NCBI RefSeq assembly: GCF_001194135.2
Contig: NC_068986.1
Coordinates: 110,710,416 to 110,774,415 of the forward strand
Length of the DNA: 64,000 bases
Direction: 5' to 3'
DNA from: Octopus bimaculoides
Lineage: Eukaryota
Of the stretch, positions 13,683 to 25,689 are shown piece by piece. The translations under genes and the position numbers were made by a program. The notes under the pieces were generated by a model that did no database searches, was not told the DNA's origin, and worked only from the letters and a program-made list of their open reading frames with translations. The first letter of the stretch is position 1. Each line of letters opens with the position of its first letter.

Positions 13683-13975
13683 ACTAGAACCACTGTGTAT
13701 CTAGTCACTCTCGCCCCGTCTCTCCAATATTCTCCAAATGTATATTCTTTTTTTCCTCTCACTTGTCTTTTCTCTCCATCTCTCTGATCACAAAGATATT
13801 TACATTCTCACTCACACACTACCGATACAGCTTCCTCTCCCTTTCTGTACTAGAATCAATGCGTATCTAGTCTCTCACTTCCATCTCTCTCACGTTCTCC
13901 AAACTTATATCCTTTATTCTTCTCACTCTTTTAGCTCTCTCCCTATACTAGAATAAGTGTGTATCTAGTCTCTCT
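13683..13975. repeat. Diverged tandem repeat with a conserved palindromic core ACTAGA-N11-TCTAGT (3 copies) in CT-rich sequence
   Basis: Cores at 13683-13705, 13849-13871 and 13947-13969. Copies 1 and 2 also share the downstream TTCTCCAAA..TATAT..TCTCAC. Confidence 0.8.
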
Positions 13976-14139
13976 GTTTCCCTCCCTCCCCCTATCTCCA
14001 TTCAACCACACCTACAATCCCCACCTGTTACCAGCCCATCCTCTCCCCTGCATATCTACCCTTCTCTTATATCTTCATCCCTCTCAATCTCCTCTCTACC
14101 CCTTCTCTACCTCAACTTTCCTGTCTGTCCCCAACACTG

Positions 14140-14830
14140 TGCAGGTAAGTTGTTGGATGAATTCTGAGAACATTCAGAACCAGGAAAAAGGAGTCCCTGC
14201 TACTTCTATGGACGACATTCGTTCTCAGCTGCTTGGATTACTGCTCTCAACTATGGTCCCCAGAGAGTGTGAAACAAGCTGCGGAAATCAAAGCATTCCA
14301 GCACCAGTACACAAGATTGACTCGATACAAAAGATGGGCTACTGGGAGAGGCTAAAGGAGCTGAGACTATTTCCTGTCGAGATGTCGAGAGAGATATGTG
14401 GTGATATATATTTGGAAGAACTTGGAGGGTTTAGCTCTCAATTTTGGAATTGACAGCTATACCATTCCTCTGACTGGGCAGCACTGCATCATATCAAAGA
14501 TCCCGTCTTCCACATCTAAAATAAGGACACAGTACTGCAATAGTCTGGGTTTCAAGGGCCCGCAATTGTTCAACATCCTGCCAGACAAACATGGATATCT
14601 ACATCGTGTTGATGTGGAAGTCTTCAATGAACGCCTGGACAAGTTTCTATCTGAGATACTGGATGAGACCACATTGCGGTAGGAGACGCAGAGAAGAGCA
14701 GCTCCGCCCAGCTCGTTACTTCACCAAAAACAACACCGGAAACAATCGCGAGTACCTACAGATGGTTACTAGCATGACCCAGCACTAGCATGACCTCAGC
14801 CATGGGCTGAAACCAGTAAAGGATAAAAGA
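14140..14830 (+). mobile_element. 3' end of a CR1-like non-LTR retrotransposon (decayed ORF2 C-terminus plus tail)
   Basis: Frames give W(I)LRTFRTRKKESLLLLWTTFVLSCLDYCSQLWSP, MGYWERLKELRL, IYIWKNLEGL and NSLGFKGPQLFNILP...LDKFLS, which are typical post-RT CR1-group motifs. Frameshifted. Confidence 0.8.
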
Positions 14831-15504
14831 TATATGTGTGTGTGTGTGGGTCCTTTTTCGACCAGCCGCCTTTCAGACTGATCGCGGTCGTCTATCCTCC
14901 CGACCGGCCTGTTAAGGCATTCCATTTTCCCATTATCCTTTGCGGCAGCGTGCTACACTTGTTTGATAGTTGAAACACCCTTTTTTGTTATTTATTTATT
15001 CTTTTTACAATTATTTTCCTTTTGCTGTATAACCGAAATGCGTTTCTCCATTGTGTATGTAAAATTCTTTTTCTGATACACTTGCATAACGTTACGTTCG
15101 TCCGATAGTGGAAAGACCCTTTCTGTTATTTACTTATTTGTATTCGTATAAGTACAATGTTTTTTGTTTTCTTTCTATTTGTATAACCGAAAGGCGTTTT
15201 GATGTACATGTATAATTCTAGCTTTCTCATTTTTGTTTCTCTTCCTCTTTTCGTCCTGTTTGCCTTTCCCAGAAGCTTAATGCTTTTAGCTTAAGTCCCT
15301 GGTACCCGCCTGATTCGAGTAGCATCGGAGATAAGGGGACGAAACTACAAGGGCTTTTCGGACTCGGCTGATGAGGAAATCGGATGCGAATGATACATGT
15401 ACCTTGTATTTGTCCTGTTTGCCATTTGTCGTCGTATTGTCTACTGTTCCGCATGTTGTGTTTTCTTGGTTTCTGTGTGTTGTGTTCATTCCTTCCTACT
15501 TTGA

Positions 15505-15535
<31 letters not shown>

Positions 15536-16079
15536 NNNNNNNNNNNNNNNNNNNNNNNNNNNNNNNNNNNNNNNNNNNNNNNNNNNNNNNNNNNNNNNNN
15601 NNNNNNNNNNNNNNNNNNNNNNNNNNNNNNNNNNNNNNNNNNNNNNNNNNNNNNNNNNNNNNNNNNNNNNNNNNNNNNNNNNNNNNNNNNNNNNNNNNNN
15701 NNNNNNNNNNNNNNNNNNNNNNNNNNNNNNNNNNNNNNNNNNNNNNNNNNNNNNNNNNNNNNNNNNNNNNNNNNNNNNNNNNNNNNNNNNNNNNNNNNNN
15801 NNNNNNNNNNNNNNNNNNNNNNNNNNNNNNNNNNNNNNNNNNNNNNNNNNNNNNNNNNNNNNNNNNNNNNNNNNNNNNNNNNNNNNNNNNNNNNNNNNNN
15901 NNNNNNNNNNNNNNNNNNNNNNNNNNNNNNNNNNNNNNNNNNNNNNNNNNNNNNNNNNNNNNNNNNNNNNNNNNNNNNNNNNNNNNNNNNNNNNNNNNNN
16001 NNNNNNNNNNNNNNNNNNNNNNNNNNNNNNNNNNNNNNNNNNNNNNNNNNNNNNNNNNNNNNNNNNNNNNNNNNNNNNN

Positions 16080-16133
<54 letters not shown>

Positions 16134-16239
16134 CGTGAGTGTGTTTTACACACATGCATTTGTGCATATACATATATGTGTATATAACATAAGTTTCAAA
16201 TTTTGGCTAAAAGCCAGTAAGTGTTATGGAGTGATTAAG

Positions 16240-16402
16240 TCGGTTATGTCGACCCCAGTGCTCGAGACATACTTATTTAATTGAAACCGAAATGATGAAA
16301 GGCAAAGTCGACTTCGGTGGAATTTGAACACAGAAAGCAGAGACGGGTGAAATGCAGATAGACTTTTTACCCAGCATTCTGAATATTCTGCCAGCTCTCC
16401 AC
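16240..16402 (-). mobile_element. tRNA-derived SINE (GGTCGA-repeat family)
   Basis: The reverse complement matches the family seen at 18563-19430 and 52677 (GAGCTGGCAGAAT...GTTCAAATTCCACCGAAGTCGACTTTGCCTTTCATC...CTGGGGTCGAC). Confidence 0.75.
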
Positions 16403-18562
16403 CTTTATGTATATAAATATAAATGTGTGTGTGTAAATGAATTTGGAAAATAGACACAGGCGTGTAGACAAACAGCGAAGTCTAATAAATATGTATTACA
16501 TGTAGGCAAACTGTGAGTTGGCACGTGAATACATTTAAATTTTGAAAAGATAAATATAGACGTAATTGTGTGTGCATTTACAGACACTGCTTAAATTATA
16601 TCGGTGCCTCTATACAAGACATTTTACACGGAAAAAATAGGAAGCTTCGAAATCGTATAATATCGTGTGAATTATCGAACTTTAAGTGTCATAGTCTTCA
16701 ACATCTACGATTTACTTTTCTTTGCTAATTCTATGATGAATAAACAAATTGCACGCATAGTCGTCATCATCATCATCAACGCACACAAAATCGTATGAAT
16801 ATTTATTCAAACATAACATAACGTATGCACGAATACACATTTATTTACTTACGTACACATTCATATATAGACTGCATGCACTTACAGATAGATATATCAC
16901 TCAGTATAATGCATATATGTATAATAAATATATATATATTTTATATTTTAGAATGGCAGGAATCTTCTCAACACATTATCTTTAGTTTCTCGATTTATAT
17001 CTATCTATCTATCTATCTATCTGTCTGTCTATCTATCTATCTGTCTGTCTGTCTGTCTGTCTGACTGTCTGTCTGACTGTCTGTCTCTCTATTTGTCTGC
17101 CCATCCTTCCGTCTATCCGTCCATCCATCCATTTATCTATCTATGTATCTATGTTTCTATCTATCAACGTACACACACACGCGCGCGCGCACACACAGCT
17201 TGGCGTTCGCAGAATTTTGGTGCTTCTGCTAAAGAGAATTCTACCGATCGAATGGGCATAACCTTGCTCAATATAGCCACAGGTAATAAAATTCCGCTGG
17301 TATCATACTGCCACGAAGCAGCTCTTCTCGTCTGGTCACCTTTGCCCTTCCAATTGATCGTTATATTTTAGAAGCTCATGCTCAGCTACTGACTACGACC
17401 AACCCCTGCATCGGGCCTCTAGAATCTCCTCCCCACCCATGTATTTCCTGCAGATATCAATCTCCAACATTTTGTGAATATTAAATATGCCAATCTCGCC
17501 AATCGTAGAGAACCTGCGAAATGTAAGTGGCACATCTACTTATTCCACACCAAACCAATATCCGAATAAACTAATAAGGTATAATCAAATAATTCCTCTA
17601 CAAGTACCTTCTGTGTTTCTATGTCTTTATAGCGTTCTTTCATTCTTTTCCTCTTTTTTTTCTATCCTTCTATGAATCGAATCATTCATAAATAGACTAT
17701 AGAAAGGCAAGCAGGTGAAGAAAGAGACAGAGTGCCACAGATATAGAGCTAGAGAGAAGAAAGGGAGAAGGAGGGAAACATGGAAATGAGTAAGACAGAA
17801 AAATAGAGAGAGATAAAACGGAAGGGAGAAATTTCAAAATAAGAGGCCGAAGGAGAGAATCAAAGACAGTCCAATACTTGTTGAACGACTGGGCTTGCAG
17901 ATTAAAACTAAAGCGAGCTTGCGTTCGCATCATCAGCAAGTCGGTACACAATTATTGATCTACAATTTATCTGATATTTTCAGACCTCAGAAGTACTTCA
18001 CTTGTTTCTCGATAATCAGTCAGCAACTTGGTTGAATTTCGAGATTCAGAAGAGATTTACTCACTGTATTGAGTAGAGTTTAATTATTGCAGAGAAACTG
18101 AGAACCCACTCTATCACCCTTAACTAAACAGCTTGTTACTATTCCTGTCTAGAATAGTAAAATACCACTTATTCATTCGTGAATACATAACGATAGCAAT
18201 ATCATTAGTTATATTTAATGGTCACCAGCATTCTGGAAAAAACATATAACGAATAATGTCTTCCAATTTTCCTTCGGGTCTAACGTTGCTAAGTTCACTC
18301 CTGATCTCATTCATCTTAAGATTAGACATGGTATGAGATTAGTTCAGTGAAGTTGCTATGTAACCGAGATCCGACATTACCTATGCGTTGAAAATCAAAC
18401 TGATTGGACCTCTACCCAGTTTTATTTTGTGGATATATTTAACTACTCATATCGCAATCCTGCCACTAGCAAAACAGCAATAATGAGAAATTTTGCAACA
18501 TTCACTACTCACAAACGTAACACTTTGTTGCAGATGTTCTTTCCATAATGGTACAACTTGAA

Positions 18563-19430
18563 GCGGTGAGCTGCCAGAAACGTTAGCACGCCGGACGAAA
18601 TGCTTAGCGGTATTCCGTGTCTTTACATTCTGAGTTCAAATTCCACCGAGGTCGATAAATTAATTACCAATTGTGTACTGGGATCGACCCAATTGACTGG
18701 CTCCCTACCCCAAAATTTCGGGACTTGTATCTGGAGTAGAAATGATTATATTTAAGACAGCGAGCTGTCTTAAATATAATCATATAATTACGTCGAGATC
18801 GATTTTGCCTTTCATCCTTTCGGGGTCGATAAATTAAGTACCAATTGCGTACTTGGGTCGATCTAATTGACTGGCTCCCTCCCCAGAAATTTCGGACCGT
18901 GTGTGCCTAGAGTCGAAATGATTATATTTAAGACGGCGAGCTGTTAGAAACGGTAGTACGCCTGGGGTCGATGTAATCGACTTAATCCCTTTGTCTATCC
19001 TTGTTTGTCCCCTCTGTGTGTAACCCCTTGAGGGCAATAAAGAAATAAGAAACGTCAGCACGGCGGACGAAATGCTTAGCGGTATTTCGTTCTGAGTTCA
19101 AATTCCGCCGAGGTCGACCGTGCCTTTCATCCTTTCGGAGTCGATAAATTAAGTATCAGTTGAGTAGTGGGGTCGATCTATTTGACTGGCCCCCTCCCTC
19201 AAACTTTCTGGCCTTGTACCTAGAGTAGAAAAGAATAGTTTGTACACCGAGCAAAATACTCAGCGGTAGTTCGTCCGTCTTTACGTTCTGAGTTCAGGTT
19301 GACCTGGCCTTTCTTCCTTCCAGGTTCGATAAAACAATTTCTGCTTGAGTCCTGAGATTGATCTAATAGACTTACGCCCTTCCCCGAAATTGCTGTTCTT
19401 GTGTCAGAGTTTGAAACTTACATAACGTAG
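18563..19430 (+). mobile_element. Head-to-tail cluster of 4-5 partial SINE copies (GGTCGA-repeat family)
   Basis: Repeated blocks GTTAGCACG..GGACGAAATGCTTAGCGGTAT, TTCTGAGTTCAAATTCC.CCGAGGTCGA, GCCTTTCATCCTTTCGG.GTCGATAAATTAAGTA and CCTAGAGTAGAAA. Confidence 0.9.
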
Positions 19431-19568
19431 GAAATAAACAATCGTTACTGTGAAAATAGAATTATTTTCTCTATTTATTATTTCTATACATCTCTGAATA
19501 TGAACGTTTGATCAGTCTAGTATTGTCCGCAGAAAACAATGACTAAGTGAACTATGAATGTAAATAGA

Positions 19569-19600
<32 letters not shown>

Positions 19601-20175
19601 AATGCATGTATATTTTACACCGACTGATTCAAAACAATGTTTAGTGGAAGTGAGTACCGTTTTTTGTCAATGCATGCGGAATATCTCGTATATTTCAAAA
19701 ATGATGGGAGAAAATTTGGTAGAATCAACCTCACCGAGAAAAAGAATAAACTATCTTCAAAGCAGGCAGAAAATTAACATGTTAATAGTAGATTGCAATA
19801 TTTTGTCATTTTATTCAAGATAGATGACTTATTCTATAATGTAATTATCATTTGTGACACCTGCCGAGAAAAGAGCAACATGAAACCTTAGTGTTTATAA
19901 ATAATAGAAATAAATGCACCTTAGTTTGTCTCGCTTATTGATATGAAATATACGCAATTTCACTATTTCCATATGACATGTATTACAACTGTATACCAGC
20001 GTTAATTGTGCACTCATTTTATCTTTTATAATGGATATGTGTGTGTGTGTGTTAAGTAAGAACATAGTCTTAATGGAAAGTGCATAGGTACAATAAGTGA
20101 TCGAACAAAACCGAGAGCTAAACTCTGACGTAAGTTCCAGGGATACTGGCACACACAGACACACAGACACACACA

Positions 20176-20213
<38 letters not shown>

Positions 20214-21149
20214 AACACACTGACCCACACATATGCGCCCAAACAAACAAAAAGGAACGCAGTGTAAATAACGGACAGAGTCAAGACTATTGAACTAGTT
20301 GCAAGACGCAACGAAAGTTTTGGGAAAATAAAAATAAGAAATAAGTGGAAATTTTACCGATGAGTATGTTAAATTATAAGGCACAAAAAGAAAATGACTC
20401 TCTCCAGATACAACAGAATATGCTTCAACACACGAACTCACATAAAGAATCTTGCAAACCAAATCCCAAAACGAAATATATATANNNNNNNNNNNNNNNN
20501 NNNNNNNNNNNNNNNNNNNNNNNNNNNNNNNNNNNNNNNNNNNNNNNNNNNNNNNNNNNNNNNNNNNNNNNNNNNNNNNNNNNNNNNNNNNNNNNNNNNN
20601 NNNNNNNNNNNNNNNNNNNNNNNNNNNNNNNNNNNNNTATATATATATATATATATATATGGCGGTTGTCTACTCCTTATGCGGAATTTGACCACCTCCT
20701 GTACCTACACCTTAGCACCATCATGGCATCTGATGTGGCGTTTTGAATCAACGTTCTGAAAAGACACCCACACAGTTGCACATCCGATCTGGACCACCAA
20801 GAGCTGCAGATAAGTTCTGATATTTGTGGATATTAAAATGTCCTTCGAGGCCTCCGTTAGATTTGCAAAACTGGCAGACACTGTAATCAAAGGTATGTGC
20901 AGACATATTAGCAGAATAGTTTAGATTTTAAAATTAATTAAAAACATTTTTAAACTGTTAAACTTTTTGAAAATACGATCTGGATTAGATCGAAGGAATA
21001 CACATATACAAATTTTCTTTGTTATAGTAGTATGGATGAAACATATATCAGTACTAAATGGAATATTCCTATAGGCTATTATTTGCATGATTAAGTAAAA
21101 GCTCACGTGTCAATCCTTTAATATCCTTATTTAATCCTGGTAATCCTTT

Positions 21150-22370
21150 ACTTTGGGTCGGTGCTGAAAAACTGAAGGTGGTTTTGTTGTGTTTTTTTGC
21201 GTGGCTTTGTCTTGATATGTTTATTGAGTTCTTGCCATTGTTGTTTGAATTGTTGTCAAAGTTGTTAATTCGTTGATTGTTGTTTTGTTTCCCATTGTGG
21301 GAGGGCGGAGGGGGGCGCCGGAGGGAGGCCCAAGTTGTGCGGCTGCGGCGAGCGGTTGATTGGACGTGCAAGAGCTGGAGGTCCGCGAAATGGAGGTGGA
21401 GCCTGGAAAGACGAAGGAATGTGAGAGGTTACTCAGTGCGGAGGGTAACGTACTGAAGCTAGCGCCACTTGAGGAGTTGTCGGCCGGCGTGTTGGGTGGA
21501 GCGGCAGCATTTGGAACCATGAAGACAGCCGCAGGAGCGATGGAGATTGCACCGATGGAAGTCATAGAGGAGTGTATCAGGGAGTTCAGAAGATTTGCAA
21601 CATGCATTGCGAGAGGTAGGAGGTGTGCCCCTGTAGGGGTGCGCTTCGCAACGGAGGAGGAGGCAGTGGAGCACTCCACGGAGGCAACAGGTTCGGAGGA
21701 ATGGGTGCCTTTGCCTTCGTGCTGCGGCATGCTTGTGGCCGGGATGCGAGTGGATGGGGTGCCGCCCGAATTGAAGGAGGAATGGCTGATTACAGCAGTG
21801 GCATGTAATATGAGGGATAAGAGGATTTTGAGGGTTGCCGGGGATGTGGTGTTGAATTGACGATGCGGGCAACTGCGGAGGATTTGAACAGTATGGTGGA
21901 TGGGATTGTGCTGCCGGAGGATGTGGGATTGAGAGCCGTGTCGTTGTAGAGGGGGCACCAATGTGTTTCACATGTGAAGAGAGGGGTTACATGAGGGCGT
22001 GGTGCGCTCGAGGAGAGCAAAAGGCGGAGCAGGTGGAGGGGAGGGAGGGTGTGGACCGGTCATAGCGGCGGGGAAAGAAACAGAGGAGGAGACAGAGAAT
22101 GGATTTACTATGGTTAGAGGGAGGGGAGGAGGGAGGGGGAGGAGTGAGTTCTCTGCTTAAGAGGCTGTGGAGGGGAAGGAAGAAAAATGGGAAAGTAAAA
22201 GGAGGGTGGAGTTGCCAGAGGGGATGCCGGCTGTGCCAGTAGATGAGGATTCGGAAGTACAACTGCGATAGGGAGAGATGGAGAGATTATTTAGAATGGA
22301 GGAAGGAAGGAAAGAACAAGAGGTGCAAGATAAAGGGAGGGTGTGAGGAGGAGATGGAGTCTGGTGTTGT
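21150..22370 (+). mobile_element. L1/Tx1-type LINE 5' UTR plus decayed ORF1 (gag-like, CCHC zinc knuckle)
   Basis: ORF 21360-21860 (VRFATEEEAV...VDGVPPELKEEWLITAV...N*R) continues through frameshifts to VVVEGAPMCFTCEERGYMRAWC (C-x2-C-x4-H>Y-x4-C, 21964-22005) and a purine-rich acidic tail. Homologous segments occur at 48002-48100 and 55300-55680, where ORF2 EN/RT follows. Confidence 0.7.
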
Positions 22371-22379
22371 GCGACGTAT

Positions 22380-23410
22380 AAATCATGGGTTTGCAACACC
22401 TGGGATTTGTCGATGAAGCATGGAAAAATCCCAATTCAATCATGGATCAATGGGTTGGGCCTGGATGTAATACCACCGGCACTATCTGATCTGAGGCCTC
22501 CAGAGTTAAGACCGATCAGTCAGAGGATCCCATTTATCAAGTTTGTGGGTCTGCCAAACAGAGAACAAAAAGCCATCCATGGTAGTGAAGTAAATGTGCC
22601 ATCAAAGCTACAACCTGCGGTGTCATTGTTGCCGGTTTCCTAACACAGCAGAAGCGGTAGTTCTGAAACTGTAGAGAAAGCTCTGCTACAAAGGGCATTA
22701 TATGCACGAATACATTCGCCCTAAAAAGGCGATGGAGGCACACAAGTAGTTGAAGCAGAACAACCCTTTGTATAAGGACATCGTCATCTGCACAGATTGG
22801 GAAATAGATGGGAAGATGATGATCCAGAGCTGTGGGAAGCAATAGCCAAACCCTGTCCGAAGGAGATGGAAGTTGATCAACCAGAATCCTCTGCTCCTCT
22901 ATCACCTATGCCAAACAGTTACCGCATGCTGGAACATCTGGCTAAGAGGCGCAACTGGAAGATAAAGCAGATCCCTGCGGATGGTAACTGCTGCTTTCAT
23001 GCTGTATCAGCATCTCTCACTTCACTTGAAGAGCAGAACATCGATGGGCCTGACGTACAACAAAAGCTCATTGACTATCTTGAGACAACATCTGACAAGG
23101 AGTACTACCTTGGGCTTTTTATAATTTAACAGTAGCCTACACCAGTCATCTGTACATGAAACCCTAAGTCAGCAGCAGAGGAGGGCCTATGACATGTATA
23201 TTGATGAGCTGAGAAATGGCGCATGGGCAGACAACCTGGCAGTCCGAGAAGTTCCAGATGTGTTGAATCTCAACATCGAGGTCAACAACACTGTCACTCC
23301 TGAATGGCCACATGATATTCATCCCCGAAGACAAATAAGTGAGTCGGCAATAACAATTGGGCCGATGGGTGAGGAGCATTATGTGGCACCAGTCGATGCC
23401 AAGCCTCGGT
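22380..23410 (+). mobile_element. Helitron/Helentron RepHel coding fragment: DUF6570-like region followed by an OTU cysteine-protease domain (pseudogenised)
   Basis: WVCNT..KHGKIP.QSWINGL.LDVIPPALSDL..E.R.ISQRIPF..VGLP..QKAIHG..VNVPS, then KL*RKLCYKGHYMHEYIRPKK...LKQNNPLYKDI. The OTU motifs are IPADGNC (Cys 22989-22991), LRNGAWAD.LAV and GEEHY (His 23377-23379). Stops and frameshifts are present. Confidence 0.8.
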
Positions 23411-23766
23411 TCATTCGGGAAACAGAAAGCAGAAAGAAACCTGAGCATTGAAAAACTGTCGGAAAATGAGATGAAATGATGTGTATTAAGATTCCGGTAG
23501 ATTATATTTTCGGTTCCGGAAGAATTTTAACACATTATGCTTGAAATGACACTATTTTCCTCAGGAACAATTTGTTTTTCTGATAGTTATAGGTTCCTAG
23601 TATTTGGCCATAGTGCTTAAGATCTCCATTTGCTAATGTACCCAATCTTTGTTGAGCAAAGTTACAGTTTTATATTTTGGTGTTGTTCTTATTTTTATTA
23701 GAATTAATCGTCGTCGTCGTCGTCGTCGTCGTAGTAGTAGTAGTAGTAGTAGCAGCAGCAGCAGTG

Positions 23767-23812
<46 letters not shown>

Positions 23813-24906
23813 CCTCTTGCATGAATGTTGTTACTCCTGGCCAAATAATATTTTATCATTGAGCCTGCACTAAATAATTCTGAGTTAGTTATGCACCATT
23901 TTAGAGGGGAAAGAGAGAGAGAGAGAGAGAGAGAAATAGAGAGATAGAGAGATGATGGGGAGAGAAAAAGAGATATGGGAAGAAGAGAGAGAAAGAAAAG
24001 TGAGAGAGTGAGAGAGAGGGAAGGAAAGAGAAAGAAAAACATTGCATTTAGTTCAACCTGAAGGCTTTATAGAAGATTTATAGAATGTTGTACTATAAGT
24101 GAATAAATTCTATCTGCAGAAAAATGTAGGGCCAGTTTGATAGCAGCCAACGGCTCGGTTGATAATGGTGTGTTTTCGCTATGTTTATTCTCTGCTAAAC
24201 AAAAGTGGATTGCGTCAATATTTCTGCAATATTTCATCAAAGTTGTGTAAATTGAATATCGATGTTACAGAAACTGAACAGGGTGTTGTGAATTGTTGAA
24301 TACATAAGTGGCAGGCGAGCACTGGCTTAAAGCGCCAGTAAATTCAATAACAACGACGACAGAATCACTAACAGCAACATCAACAACGACAAATGAAAAA
24401 AAACAAAAGAAAACAATAAAATTATAATAACAATATTTTTAAGGATAATGATAGTGGCAAAAACAAAAACACCAACAACATTATTTGACGTAGTAATAGT
24501 ATTAGCAGCGGTGGTGAGAATTTTTTTTTTTCTCTCTTTCAATGCTGCCAGGTTCTATTCATACATAATTATAGTGTATCTGCTGTTTCTCTCAAGAGCG
24601 AGCAACGAGGTATGCCACAATGGAACAGAAAATATATGTATTTTATTTTATCACGTTTGTGGTCATTTAAAATATGCTATATGCACGTATATATTTATAT
24701 ACATGTACACATACATATATGCATACATATATGCACACATAAATGCCTTCATACACATGATAAATAAAGGTTGCTTCGTATCTGGCAGGAAACGTAGAAG
24801 TACTCAATACTCAGTTTAGAGTATAGTTGTGTGTATTCGAGTGAGCTATTTCACTTAGCCTGTTGTTAAGGTTGTAATGACGACGACGACGAAGACGATG
24901 ATGAAA

Positions 24907-24957
<51 letters not shown>

Positions 24958-25689
24958 TTAATCAGGATCATGACCATGATGCTGATCTTGATGTAGTGAG
25001 GGGATAATATGTGAGTTGATTGATGCGGATAATCGATGACGTTGATGATGATATCGATGATGATGGTGTTCATGATGATGGCGTAATGGGTGTGGTTATT
25101 GTAGTGACGTTGTAAAAGATGTAAAATGATAATATCGGTGATACGGAAGATGATGGAAATAATGATAGTATTTTTCACGATTATATATGAAGAGAACACG
25201 CACACTTAATCTCCCCGTTTCTATGTAACGAAATACTGACATTCCTAACATGTAGCCCACATGTAGATATCTAAAATACACAAGACGTATACAACTTACG
25301 TTCATGTATGACGGGTTTAAAACGTGAGGCTCAGAAACGAGCGTTGCTAACGTAAAGCGAAGCTGTTGAAGTTAGAGAAGAATCCTTAAATAAAATGTTC
25401 AGAGTATGACTATGTAATTGTCATATCATGGACTAAACTTCGGGCAATGAAAATTTGCTCTCATGCAATTTTCTTCTCGGGCCGTAACTGTTTAATGCAA
25501 CACACCAAAGATATAATTTTATTGGGTCTTTGGATTAAATCGGACGATATTTTATGCCTCCTATTTTCAGGAAAAGTTTGATTTATTGGTGAACATGCAA
25601 CAAATATGGAGAACATAAAAATTATAGTTATAGTTGAGTAACCACTAAGATGGTGCACTGAAAGCCATCTGAATATTTAAAACGAGTTA

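Noticed and set aside
14965-15225. Diverged tandem duplication of about 140-150 bp (TGTATAACCGAAA twice)
   Set aside because: Real but old and AT-rich, with no further structure to interpret.
15295-15430. Hammerhead-like pieces: GTCCC...GGGACGAAAC and CTGATGAG at 15368
   Set aside because: The pieces are not in a compatible order or pairing. Stem II after CTGATGA does not form and GAAA is GAAT. At most it is a dead remnant.
20820-20900. Exon-like stretch MSFEASVRFAKLADTVIK ending at GTATGT
   Set aside because: There is an in-frame stop just upstream, no good acceptor and no recognisable protein similarity.
21221-21971. Long minus-strand ORFs (246 aa and 170 aa)
   Set aside because: They are antisense shadows of the GC-rich plus-strand LINE ORF1, which carries the recognisable zinc knuckle.
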